This document shows, piece by piece, positions 37,495-46,961 of a stretch of 64,000 nucleotides of DNA. Position numbers and translations under genes: made by a program. Each line of letters starts with the position of its first letter. Positions within the stretch are counted from its first letter, which is position 1. A model generated the notes under the pieces. It saw only the letters and a program-made list of their open reading frames with translations. It searched no databases and was not told the origin of the DNA. This DNA comes from Candidatus Aenigmatarchaeota archaeon. GTDB lineage: Archaea > Aenigmatarchaeota > Aenigmatarchaeia > PWEA01 > JACQIF01. Location: the NCBI GenBank assembly GCA_016432325.1, contig CP066684.1, forward strand, positions 480,001-544,000. Direction: 5' to 3'.

Positions 37495-38350
37495 ATATTC
37501 TGTTCTGTCGCGATTCTCGCGTCTTATGACGGTTGCGAACAAATGGTACCTGCGGGATCCGGTATCCAACCATGAGACCGAGGTGCCCATCAGATTGTTG
37601 AGGAGCACGATTGGTAAACTCAGCGCTGCCGGGAAGATTCCGCTGTCTACAAAAAGTCCACGAGACCGATGGATCGCACACGACTGGTTCCATTCTCTCC
37701 ACCTATATGCCGAGATGAGAGGAGGCTATCCCAATGGATCAAATGGAAATGATGGAGGCATCCGATTGTTTCCAAACAGACAGCGCGACAAGAATGTCGT
37801 TAGGTTGCCGTCTCCTAGGTTGCTACCTCTCATGGACACGGCAGATGTTCTATTAAAAAGACGAACGTGGAGGGCCTTTAAAGCGGATATGATAACATCT
37901 CGCGATCTGTCGGACGCCCTCTACTATGGCGCCAGACGCTATCCGCTCCGGTCACTCGACGTATACTTGATTATTTTGCGCGTAGACAACATACCACGAG
38001 GAGTATACCGTTATAATGCGGATGCGCACCTCTTGGAAACTGTGAGGGAAGGGGATTTCACGGATTCAATATACAACGCGAGCCAGAGACAATATGTAGA
38101 TAACTCAGCTGTCGTTTTCCTGATTTCCGCAGATTACAGCAGAGCAATGCGTGATAATAGAAATGCGGCCGCGTATTCAAATATTATGATTGACGCGGCC
38201 AGGCTGGCCCATCTCATTATTCTGACGGCTACTTGTCTAGGCCTAAAAAACTTTTTAACGCCTGCTATAAAGGAGAGTATAACAGACGACCTGTTGACCT
38301 TAGACGGCTGGTCTAAAGGCTCCCTGTACCTTGTCGCGATAGGCAGATGA
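37478..38350 (+). CDS. Second, degenerate SagB/ThcOx-family nitroreductase-fold protein
   Basis: LPSP, LLKRRTWRAF, GVYRY, FLTPAIKE; lacks PSGGA and the RY/KY motif; GGAGGGGG SD; overlaps the upstream gene. Confidence 0.8.
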   Translation: MPSLSKYSVLSRFSRLMTVANKWYLRDPVSNHETEVPIRLLRSTIGKLSAAGKIPLSTKSPRDRWIAHDWFHSLHLYAEMRGGYPNGSNGNDGGIRLFPNRQRDKNVVRLPSPRLLPLMDTADVLLKRRTWRAFKADMITSRDLSDALYYGARRYPLRSLDVYLIILRVDNIPRGVYRYNADAHLLETVREGDFTDSIYNASQRQYVDNSAVVFLISADYSRAMRDNRNAAAYSNIMIDAARLAHLIILTATCLGLKNFLTPAIKESITDDLLTLDGWSKGSLYLVAIGR

Positions 38351-38506
38351 AAGGAAATATAAATAGAAATTGTTGTATCTGGAAGCATGCAGGCGAATCG
38401 CGTAACGGCCTCTATACGCGTTTCAGCTCTGATCATGCTCCTGTAGAAAGCAGCCGGTTATGCGGCCGTTCATATGTTATTAATTACTACCGTCTATGGT
38501 GTCCAT

Positions 38507-41314
38507 ATGGAATACGACTTCCGCGCGGTCGAGAAGAAGTGGCAGGAGAAGTGGGCCGACGCGCGCATATTCGAGCCGGGGGCAAAAGGCAAGAAGTTCC
38601 TCTTCACCGTTCCCTTTCCTTATACGTCCGGTCCTTTGCACGTGGGCCACGGACGAACTTTCACCATAGGGGATTTCATCGCCCGCTACAAGAGAAAGAT
38701 GGGGTTCAACGTCCTGTATCCGATGGCCTTCCACATGAGCGGCACTCCCGTCCTCGCGATTTCGCGCGCCATCGAGGCGGGAGACAAGAAGACGACGGAT
38801 CTCTATACGGATTACGTGAGCCTCTACGACCCGAAGAACGCCGGTTCGATTATTAAGAGCTTCAAAGACCCGTGGAACGTCGCCAATTTCTTCGCGTCTG
38901 TCATCGAGAAGGACTTCCGTTCTATCGGCTATTCGATAGACTGGACGCGCACGTTCAACTCCGGCGAGCCGATATACAACGCGTTCATCGAATGGCAGTA
39001 TCTGAGAATGCGCGAGAAGAACGTGATAACGAAAGGCTCGTATCCGATTCTGTACTCTCCTGACATGCAGAACGCCGTTGGCGAGGACGACATAAAGGAC
39101 GGGGACACGGATCCAGTGGATCTTCAGGAGTACACGGTCGTGAAGTTCAGGATGGGAGGCGACGTTCTTCCTGCCGCGACGCTCAGACCGGAGACGGTTT
39201 TCGGCGTCACCAATATCTGGGTAAATCCCGACGCGTCTTACGAGCGCGTGCGTGTAGCCGACGAAACATGGATACTGTCCAAGGAGGCCGCGGCGAAACT
39301 GCGCCATCAGAAAGAGAACGTCGGGCGCATCGGAGACGTCAAGGCCAAAGAACTGATCGGAAAGGAGGTTGAGATACTCGGACGAACGGTTCCCATACTG
39401 CCCGCGACGTTCGTGGACGCGGACCACGCCACAGGCGTCGTCTATTCCGTCCCGGCTCACGCACCTTACGATTATGCCGGACTCGTCGACTGTCAGAAGA
39501 AAGGGCTCGGTGTTGGCGTAAAGCCGATAAAGATTGTAGACATCGAAGGTTACGGCGATTGTCCTGCGGAAGAGGCGTGCAAAAAGTTCGGAGCAGGTAC
39601 GCAGGCCGACGAGCAGGCGCTTGACGAAGCGACTAACCAACTCTACAAGGACGAGTTCTACAAGGGCGCGTTAGGCAAGAAGTGCGGAGAGTTCGCAGGT
39701 CTCAAGATATCAGAGGTCAAAGATACTGTGAAAGCATGGATGCGCAAGAAAGGCAACGCCGACGTCTTCTACGAGCCGTCGCGCCGTGCCGTAACGCGCG
39801 ACGGCCGCGTCGTTATAGGCGCGGTTCTCCGCGACCAGTGGTTCCTCGACTACACTTCGAAAGAATGGAAAGAGAAGACAAAGAAGCTCGTCGACGGGAT
39901 GGATATCTATCCGGAAAAGTACAGGAAGTCCTTGCGGGATCTGATAGACTGGCTGGAAAAGAGGCCGTGCGCGCGCAGGCGCGGCATCGGCACGAAACTC
40001 CCGTGGGACAAGGAATGGACGATAGAAAGTCTCTCCGACTCGACGCTTTACATGGCCCTGTACACGGTAGCTCCTATAATCAGAAAGGAGGCGCGGCCCG
40101 AGCAGCTCGTTCCGGAAGTCTTTGATTTCATCTTTCTGGGCAAGGGCGCAGCAAAGGACGTTGCGAAGCAGAGCGGCGTCAAGGAGCGTGCGCTCAAGGA
40201 GATGCGCGAACAGTTCGAGTATTGGTATGCGGTGGACCAGAGACATACGACGCCGGCTCACCTGTCCAACCACCTGTCTTTCTACCTGTTGCATCACACG
40301 CTGCTCTTCCCGGAGAAGTACTGGCCCCGCGCGCAGACGCTCAACGAGATGCTTCTGGGCGTGGAAGGCCAGAAGATGTCAAAGTCTAAGGGAAACGTAA
40401 TCCCTCTTCTCGACGTCTCGCGGAAGTACAGCGCCGACCTGTTCAGGACCTACGTCCTTTCGGCGGCTGACATAGACACGACCATGGACTGGTGGGAGTC
40501 GATAGTCGCCTCGACGAAAGGGAAGCTCTACCAATTCGTCGAACTGATGGACGCGGTCTCAAAGGCCAAGCCCGCGAAGAAAACGGAAGGCGCGGACAGG
40601 TGGATGACCGGCCGGTTCTACCAGAGGCTGGCGCGCGCCAAGACCGCGGCAGAGACGTACAAGATACGCGCGTACGTCATCGAACTGTTCTATGATATGC
40701 TGACTGACATCGCCTACTACAGACGCCGTGTCGGGGACGAGCGAGCGATGCCGGTGATACGCACGTTCGCAGAAGACTGGCTGGTTGCTCTCGAACCTGT
40801 GATGCCTCACCAGGCCGAGGAGTTCTGGGAGCGGTTCGGCAACAAGCCGTTCGTTTCGCTCGCTAAGTGGCCGAAAGGAGGCGCGACGCTGGACAGGCGC
40901 GTCGAGCTGTCAGAGGATGTCGTGAAGCGCGTCCTCGAAGACGTCGCGGAAATCCGCAAGATAGCGGACATAGAGAAGCCTCGGCGCGTCGTTCTTTTCG
41001 TCGCGCCTGAGTGGAAGAGGCGCGTGTACGCGCTCGTTCGCGCAGGCAAGCAGCTGAAGGACGTGATGCAGGACGCTGAGCTTAAGAAGTTCGGCCAAGA
41101 TATCGCGAAGTATGTGCCCACGTTGCAGAAGCGCGTGCACGAATTGCAGGCTGACGTGCTCACAGAAGACGAGGAGTACGAAGCTCTGAAGAGCGCGGCC
41201 GAGTTCCTGCAAAAAGAAACCGGAGCGGCTGTCGAGATAGTGCGCGCGTCCGCGTCGAAAGAACAGAAGGCGCGCGCAGCGGACGTGCACAAGCCGGGGA
41301 TATTGATTGGGTGA
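38507..41314 (+). CDS. leuS: Leucine--tRNA ligase (archaeal type)
   Basis: PFPYTSGPLHVGH, AATLRPET, TGVVYSVPAHAPYD, ESLSDST, KMSKSKGN. Confidence 0.97.
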   Translation: MEYDFRAVEKKWQEKWADARIFEPGAKGKKFLFTVPFPYTSGPLHVGHGRTFTIGDFIARYKRKMGFNVLYPMAFHMSGTPVLAISRAIEAGDKKTTDLYTDYVSLYDPKNAGSIIKSFKDPWNVANFFASVIEKDFRSIGYSIDWTRTFNSGEPIYNAFIEWQYLRMREKNVITKGSYPILYSPDMQNAVGEDDIKDGDTDPVDLQEYTVVKFRMGGDVLPAATLRPETVFGVTNIWVNPDASYERVRVADETWILSKEAAAKLRHQKENVGRIGDVKAKELIGKEVEILGRTVPILPATFVDADHATGVVYSVPAHAPYDYAGLVDCQKKGLGVGVKPIKIVDIEGYGDCPAEEACKKFGAGTQADEQALDEATNQLYKDEFYKGALGKKCGEFAGLKISEVKDTVKAWMRKKGNADVFYEPSRRAVTRDGRVVIGAVLRDQWFLDYTSKEWKEKTKKLVDGMDIYPEKYRKSLRDLIDWLEKRPCARRRGIGTKLPWDKEWTIESLSDSTLYMALYTVAPIIRKEARPEQLVPEVFDFIFLGKGAAKDVAKQSGVKERALKEMREQFEYWYAVDQRHTTPAHLSNHLSFYLLHHTLLFPEKYWPRAQTLNEMLLGVEGQKMSKSKGNVIPLLDVSRKYSADLFRTYVLSAADIDTTMDWWESIVASTKGKLYQFVELMDAVSKAKPAKKTEGADRWMTGRFYQRLARAKTAAETYKIRAYVIELFYDMLTDIAYYRRRVGDERAMPVIRTFAEDWLVALEPVMPHQAEEFWERFGNKPFVSLAKWPKGGATLDRRVELSEDVVKRVLEDVAEIRKIADIEKPRRVVLFVAPEWKRRVYALVRAGKQLKDVMQDAELKKFGQDIAKYVPTLQKRVHELQADVLTEDEEYEALKSAAEFLQKETGAAVEIVRASASKEQKARAADVHKPGILIG

Positions 41315-41938
41315 TCAGGCTTCTATCATATCAGGATCCTTGTATGTGCATAGATGGTCCTTGCCTGCGAGTCCGGCAACGAATTTCTTTACTTTGGGGT
41401 CCATCCAGGACGCGGGCTCTTTGCCCACATGCTGCGACAGGAAAAACATCGCTTCGCATCCGAGCATGCGCCCGACATCCTGACTTCTCGGCGTGTAGTC
41501 CAGATCGAGTCTCTTCAGAGTTGGCCGTATGTCGTCGATGGGGGAGCCGACTTTCTTGCCAAGAATGGCATCGAACCTGTCCCAAGCCTCGCCGTCTGCT
41601 GTCCTCGCGATAGTCGCGTGTCTCGTATGCGGCCCGCTCTCTATTAGCTGCGTATGTGTTTCCATCGGCTCCTGCTCCTCGCGCGGAATCGTCGGATACA
41701 TAGAAACCTTGACATATCCCTTGCGCGTATCCCACACGTGCCACAGACGGGTGTTGTTGACAACAGAAGCGACATTTACGCCGTCGACGTTGACTCCTCT
41801 GGCCCACGATTGCGGAGGCTGCACGAGCACGCACTCGTCAAGAACGGCGCCTCTCTCCATATGAGTTCCGCGGTCTGCGACATATTTGGCGGTCAAGAAT
41901 ATGTTTCGATTCGCATAAACCTCAGTATTGACAGACAT
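41315..41938 (-). CDS. Hypothetical protein
   Basis: 207-aa ORF with TATA upstream; no family recognised. Confidence 0.55.
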   Translation of the reverse strand: MSVNTEVYANRNIFLTAKYVADRGTHMERGAVLDECVLVQPPQSWARGVNVDGVNVASVVNNTRLWHVWDTRKGYVKVSMYPTIPREEQEPMETHTQLIESGPHTRHATIARTADGEAWDRFDAILGKKVGSPIDDIRPTLKRLDLDYTPRSQDVGRMLGCEAMFFLSQHVGKEPASWMDPKVKKFVAGLAGKDHLCTYKDPDMIEA

Positions 41939-42045
41939 CGATTCCCTTTAAACGCAAAACTATTTAAGCGTGTATATGGAACTGAAAGCCATTCCCAAGC
42001 AGACAGACTATCGGCGATCTATGTCGGACGCAGGCGTTTTGGTCG

Positions 42046-42654
42046 TTAGTTTCGTCCAAACTTCTTCGAACGCCTAGCGTTCGAAGTTTTCGGATTGCGT
42101 CCGAAAATCTCCCAAACATCAACCATCTCGGGGTTCTTGAACAACTTTCCTGCGTGGGCCAAGCCGCCGGTTTCCAGAATCTCAAGATAGGCGCCGTCAG
42201 CGCGTGCGTCGTCTTCAACGAACACCCGTCCGTCTCTCGTCATGACGGCCAGCGGTGTCTCCAGTCTTCTTTCTATAACTGTGCTCTCCATCGAACGGGC
42301 GACTCCGGGGATGCCGGCACTGACGAAAGGAACGACTACGCCAGGACACGTGGCCAGAGGGGGCATGTTGATTTCGTAAGTTCCCTCGGCGCCTCCTATG
42401 GAAGACATCTCGGAAAAATCTCTGGTGGAGCCGTAGAAACTGAAGCGCTTCTTGCCGTCCAGCAGCGCCGCTGCCATCGACGGCACTTCCAGGTGGGCTA
42501 TCTTGTAATCCAAGTGGTAGTGGTTTCGTCTCGTTTTCCCTTCAATGACGGCGTTGAACACGGTCGATTGTCCAACGCGCCGCACGTCCCCACTCGCGGT
42601 GCGCAGTGTCCTCATAACGCCTGCAGTTGTAACAGAAAGAATATAAGCACGCAC
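42046..42654 (-). CDS. Hypothetical protein
   Basis: 202-aa ORF; no family recognised. Confidence 0.5.
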   Translation of the reverse strand: MRAYILSVTTAGVMRTLRTASGDVRRVGQSTVFNAVIEGKTRRNHYHLDYKIAHLEVPSMAAALLDGKKRFSFYGSTRDFSEMSSIGGAEGTYEINMPPLATCPGVVVPFVSAGIPGVARSMESTVIERRLETPLAVMTRDGRVFVEDDARADGAYLEILETGGLAHAGKLFKNPEMVDVWEIFGRNPKTSNARRSKKFGRN

Positions 42655-42666
42655 CTTTACGGGTGT

Positions 42667-42873
42667 TTAACGTGTTAGGCGCCTGTCGCTTCCTGTCTCG
42701 TCTCTTCCTGCATGCCTTGGCGCGTCTTCGCGCATTTTAAGCTCTCGTCCCTCGGTTTTGCGTGTCGCTCTGTAGAACGTGTAGATGCCAGCCGCAACGA
42801 CAATCGCTTTTTCCGGCCAAAGAGGATCGTAAGTGTCGAGGACCGTTTTGGCGTAACCGAGTTCTTCGAGCAT
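42667..42873 (-). CDS. Small hypothetical protein
   Basis: GGAG SD and TATA upstream; short hydrophobic segment. Confidence 0.4.
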   Translation of the reverse strand: MLEELGYAKTVLDTYDPLWPEKAIVVAAGIYTFYRATRKTEGRELKMREDAPRHAGRDETGSDRRLTR

Positions 42874-42975
42874 CGCACTCCCGACTGGAAACGCCTCTAA
42901 TCTTTAAATAACTGGCGCGTCAACTCGACCACACCGAAACGGATGTTTCCGTACATACATGAAGGAGGTTTGCAG

Positions 42976-43653
42976 ATGGTATCCAAAGGTTCATTCGTCC
43001 GTATTACATACGTGGGCCGCATCAAGGAAACCGGAGAGCTGTTCGACACTACTGACGCGGAAATCGCGAAAAAGGAGGGAGTGTTCAACCCGAAGATGAA
43101 GTACGGGCCCGTTATGATAGTCGTAGGCGAAGGCAAGCTCGTGCGCGGGCTCGATGAGGTTCTGGCGGAGATGAAAGCAGGCGACGAACGCGCGCTGGAC
43201 ATCCCTCCGGAAAAGGCGTTCGGCCCCAGAAGCGCCGACCTGATGAGACTCGTGCCGCTCCAGGAGTTCAAGAAACAGGGCTTCCTGCCCCAGCAGGGGA
43301 TGCCAATAACGATGAACGGTCTGCGAGGGCGCGTGCTGAGCGTGAGCGGGGGCCGCGTGCGCGTGGACTTCAACCACCCGCTTGCCGGAAAGGCTCTGGC
43401 CTACACCGTCCGCATCGAGGAGCAGGTCGAAGACAAGCAGAGGCAGGCCCAGGGCCTGTGCGATTTCTACGCAATGGACGCCAAGGTCACCCTGGCTGGA
43501 ACAGGGGCTGAAGTCTTCCACGAACAGGAACTTTCTCCCAGAACGAAGAAGCAGCTGACAGACGAGCTCAAGAGACACGTGGGCGTTGCTGATGTGAAGT
43601 TCGTCCAGCCCGAAAAACCCAAAGAGGCTCAGGCGACAGAGAAGGCCGCCTGA
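42976..43653 (+). CDS. slyD: FKBP-type peptidyl-prolyl isomerase (archaeal long SlyD type)
   Basis: GELFDTT, IPPEKAFG, GRVRVDFNHPLAGK. Confidence 0.93.
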   Translation: MVSKGSFVRITYVGRIKETGELFDTTDAEIAKKEGVFNPKMKYGPVMIVVGEGKLVRGLDEVLAEMKAGDERALDIPPEKAFGPRSADLMRLVPLQEFKKQGFLPQQGMPITMNGLRGRVLSVSGGRVRVDFNHPLAGKALAYTVRIEEQVEDKQRQAQGLCDFYAMDAKVTLAGTGAEVFHEQELSPRTKKQLTDELKRHVGVADVKFVQPEKPKEAQATEKAA

Positions 43654-43679
43654 AGCCGCGTTCATCCGCGCTCTATGAA

Positions 43680-43808
43680 TCTTGACGTCAAGAATGTCAT
43701 CAATTTCCAGCACGCTAGAAATGTTTATATACCGGCTTCTTGAAATGTAGAGCACGCTTCTGCCGACGCCAAAGGCGCTGGGGATGCTTGACCTGCTTGA
43801 TGTCAAGC
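43680..43808. promoter_or_regulatory. Two related palindromes, TCTTGACGTCAAGA (43680-43693) and GCTTGATGTCAAGC (43795-43808), around the ftsZ TATA box
   Basis: Read directly; TTTATATA near 43724 lies between them. Confidence 0.5.
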
Positions 43809-43836
43809 GGGTTTTGTCAATTATGGAGGTTTTGAA

Positions 43837-44937
43837 ATGGCTGTGATGGATGAAAGCGCCGCTGAAAAAAAATCGCGAAAGGCTAACCCGAAACTCGATG
43901 AGGATTTGAAGAAAATTCTTGAATCCCGCAAGGCTGTAATCAAAGTCGTAGGCGCCGGAGGCGCGGGCAACAACACGATCACCAGAATGGCTGCCGTGGG
44001 CGTCATCGGCGTGGAACTCATAGCGGTGAACACAGACGCGCAGGACCTGCTTTACACGGACGCGGACAGGAAGATACTCATCGGCCGCGAGCTGACGCGC
44101 GGACTCGGCGCCGGCGCAGACCCGAAGGTCGGGGAAGAGGCCGCCAAAGAGAGCAAGAAGGACATCAAGGAAGCTCTCGAAGGATCGGACATGGTATTCA
44201 TAACATGCGGATTAGGTGGTGGAACAGGAACCGGATCCCTTCCAGTTGTGGCAGAGGTGTCGAAGAGCATAGGAGCGTTGACAGTCGGCGTAGTGACGCT
44301 GCCTTTCACGATGGAAGGCAAGTCGCGCCGCGAGAACGCCGACACAGGCATGGACAAGCTGAAAAAGAACGTCGACACGCTGATAGTCATACCGAACGAC
44401 AAGCTCTTGGAGATCGTTCCTGACGTATCTCTGACGACCGCCTTCAAGGTCGCGGACGAAATTCTCGTCAACGCGGTCAAGGGCATAGCAGAGCTCGTCA
44501 CGAAGGCCGGTCTCGTCAACCTCGATTTCGCTGACGTGCGCGCGGTCATGGGCAACGGCGGGCTCGCCATGATAGGGCTCGGCTCGAGCGACACGGAGAA
44601 CCGCGCGATGGAGGCCGTCGAGAAAGCGCTGCACAACCCGCTGCTTGACATCGACATCGAAGGCGCCGGAGGCGCCCTGATAAACGTCATGGGCGGACCC
44701 GACATGACCATACGCGAGGCCCAGCAGATAGTCGAATACGTCTCTTCAAAACTCGATCCGGAGGCCAAGATAATCTGGGGTTCCCAGATTGAGGCGAGCA
44801 TGGGCGACGAAGTGCGGGCCATGATAGTCGTCACCGGCGTGAAGAAGAGCCAGCTGTACGGACCTATCGCGCGAGACATAACCACGCAGAGAAAGCGCGA
44901 GTTTGCCAACATGCTCGGGATAGACTTTGTGACATAG
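43837..44937 (+). CDS. ftsZ: Cell division protein FtsZ (FtsZ1 genomic context)
   Basis: GAGGAGNN, NTDAQDL, GLGGGTGTG, VNLDFADV; upstream of secE-spt5. Confidence 0.98.
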   Translation: MAVMDESAAEKKSRKANPKLDEDLKKILESRKAVIKVVGAGGAGNNTITRMAAVGVIGVELIAVNTDAQDLLYTDADRKILIGRELTRGLGAGADPKVGEEAAKESKKDIKEALEGSDMVFITCGLGGGTGTGSLPVVAEVSKSIGALTVGVVTLPFTMEGKSRRENADTGMDKLKKNVDTLIVIPNDKLLEIVPDVSLTTAFKVADEILVNAVKGIAELVTKAGLVNLDFADVRAVMGNGGLAMIGLGSSDTENRAMEAVEKALHNPLLDIDIEGAGGALINVMGGPDMTIREAQQIVEYVSSKLDPEAKIIWGSQIEASMGDEVRAMIVVTGVKKSQLYGPIARDITTQRKREFANMLGIDFVT

Positions 44938-44939
44938 TC

Positions 44940-45270
44940 TACGAACGATTTTCGAACGGAGGTTCGAAAACTTCAAACGCCGTGCGTTTGAAGAAGTTCG
45001 TGGATTTGAAACCGAGGATTTCATAGTCCTCCCTTAGAAAATCGCGCCTGACCGAAGAGGTCGGGCAAGGACCCAGTTCCAGTGTGTGGGTTCGTGTGGA
45101 TGTCCGGGAAGGCCGAACCTTCTCGGCACTCACCATTACAGGTTCTTGCGCGTTGGGAAACGCCTATACGGTTCATTCGCTGGGTCAAAGGAACCTAAAG
45201 CTCTTGCTTTAATCTTCCCTCCCGCGGTCGGGAAGCCTTTAAAACCCACTAGGCCGCGACAGGGGGTTTT
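44940..45270 (+). ncRNA. Candidate structured non-coding RNA of unknown class
   Basis: At least 7 hairpins with G-U pairs favouring the + strand, a GNRA (GGGA) loop, and long-range GACCCAG/CTGGGTC pairing; no credible ORF. Confidence 0.4.
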
Positions 45271-45336
45271 ATATAGCTTACCTTTCAAGTTCCTTTGTTC
45301 CTTTTCTAAGGACGCAATCGCTTAGGTGGAGCTTTA

Positions 45337-45546
45337 ATGAACGAAAACAACCAAGAACAGAAGAAAGGAATCGTGGCGAAGATACGGGACTTCGGCAAGA
45401 ACGCGATGCGCGTGCTGCGCGTCTCGTCGAAGCCGTCCGGCGAAGAATACCTGGCCTCGGCGAAGATAACCGGCATAGGCCTTATTATAATAGGCGTCGT
45501 CGGCTTTATTATCTTCCTGATATTCCAGTTCCTTGGAATCTTCTGA
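45337..45546 (+). CDS. secE: Protein translocase SecE/Sec61gamma
   Basis: RVLRVSSKPSGEEY...KITGIG..IIGVVGFII. Confidence 0.95.
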   Translation: MNENNQEQKKGIVAKIRDFGKNAMRVLRVSSKPSGEEYLASAKITGIGLIIIGVVGFIIFLIFQFLGIF

Positions 45547-45555
45547 GGTGGAAAC

Positions 45556-46044
45556 GTGATACTGACGATACGGACGACGATAGGACGGGAGAACGTGGTG
45601 ATGTCTGAGATAGAGGAACGCGTGCGCTCCAAGGGCTACAAGGTCCGTGCTCTCTTGCATCCTGAAAAGCTTCGCGGCTACGTTATCATAGAAGGCGAGG
45701 AGGACGACATCAAGCTGGCCGTTTCAGGACTGCGCCACGTGAACGGCCTGATACAAAAGCCCGTCACGCTCGAACAAATCAAGCACTTCATAGAGGAGAA
45801 GAAGGGCGCGGCGATCGAACTGGTGCGTGGAGACATCGTTGAGATAGTCGGCGGCCCGTTCAAGCACGAGAAGGGCAAGATAACGAAGGTCGACGAGTCG
45901 AAGAACGAGGTCACGGTTGAACTTCTGGAAGCGGCGGTTCCGATACCAGTGACTATTACGGCGGATTCCGTGCGCCTGCTCGAGAAGAGCAAGGACGTCA
46001 TACAGCAGAGCCAGGAAGGCGCGCAGAAGAAGGAAGAAGAGTAG
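45556..46044 (+). CDS. spt5: Transcription elongation factor Spt5
   Basis: RTTIGRE, LRGYVIIE, KOW motif GDIVEIVGGPFK, VPIPVT. Confidence 0.95.
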   Translation: MILTIRTTIGRENVVMSEIEERVRSKGYKVRALLHPEKLRGYVIIEGEEDDIKLAVSGLRHVNGLIQKPVTLEQIKHFIEEKKGAAIELVRGDIVEIVGGPFKHEKGKITKVDESKNEVTVELLEAAVPIPVTITADSVRLLEKSKDVIQQSQEGAQKKEEE

Positions 46045-46049
46045 GCCGA

Positions 46050-46961
46050 TTAGTTCAGGAAGGACTTTTTCAATCCGATCTCCGCCCGGACTCCTGTTAT
46101 AACTTCGATGCCAGGAAGCCCGTGTCCCTTGTAGGCATTCCATAAAGCAAGCCTTTCTTGCGCCACACCGGGCAGCCACACATTCTCCAGATATTTTTCC
46201 AGTTCCGTGTCGTCGGCGAACATGAGACTCTCCTCTTTCAGAGGGGGTGGCACTTCCCCGTCGGCGGGTTTTCCAGATGCCCATTCGCGTACGTTTGTAA
46301 GGCCTGTCCAGTGGGCTCTTGCGTGTATAATATCCTGTCGAGTGCTTGGAACGCCGATGTTTTCAAATACTGCGAGAGTTTTGCCTTCTATATTCCTGTA
46401 GACGTCGTAAGGCAACCTGTGATGTGCAACGCTTTGCTCGACATTGTTCTCCATGCCCAGCTCGCATATGTAATAGCCAGCGTCTGTTAGGACGAAATCG
46501 GACGCCAGGGCAACAGCCGCCGCGTTGTTTTGCTCCGATCTCCGCGTATCCACAAATCCTATATCGGCGGCGTCGGCCCACTGGTCCAGAGTGTGCGCCG
46601 CGGCATCCATCGTAGAACTCATAATCATCCCTGTCAGGCTCCTGTGGGCGAACGGCCTCCGTGAGTAGGCCGCCTTTCCAATTTCGTGGCCTGGATACGG
46701 ACCTAAGATCGGCTTTCTGTCTATCTCAAGCAATAGCATGGTGGATAGAGTATACGCCCTCTTCACCTCTTTGGGGGTCTCGGCATCTTCGTGAGGGCAT
46801 AACGTTTTTATAGCGTCGAAGAGGTGAAGCGCTAAGCTGTCTGATGTATCTCTCAGGTCCGCATATTCGATGGGAAATCCTCTGGAAGACGAATCGAGGA
46901 GCCATTTCGCATCCTCTGTCGCCCTGATAAGCTTGAGCTTGGACGCTTTGTCGTATGGCAT
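46050..46961 (-). CDS. Hypothetical protein
   Basis: 303-aa ORF with TATA upstream. Confidence 0.55.
   Translation of the reverse strand: MPYDKASKLKLIRATEDAKWLLDSSSRGFPIEYADLRDTSDSLALHLFDAIKTLCPHEDAETPKEVKRAYTLSTMLLLEIDRKPILGPYPGHEIGKAAYSRRPFAHRSLTGMIMSSTMDAAAHTLDQWADAADIGFVDTRRSEQNNAAAVALASDFVLTDAGYYICELGMENNVEQSVAHHRLPYDVYRNIEGKTLAVFENIGVPSTRQDIIHARAHWTGLTNVREWASGKPADGEVPPPLKEESLMFADDTELEKYLENVWLPGVAQERLALWNAYKGHGLPGIEVITGVRAEIGLKKSFLN

Noticed and set aside
35910-38350. Integrated mobile element at tRNA-Arg
   Set aside because: There is no integrase or transposase. The 3'-end duplication is only about 50 bp from the tRNA and on the opposite side from the SagB cassette.
45040-45260. Intron-containing or permuted tRNA, or SRP RNA, between ftsZ and secE
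   Set aside because: GTGGGTTCG and CCCAC-like pieces exist, but no valid anticodon arm, CCA end or SRP helix-8 motif could be assembled.
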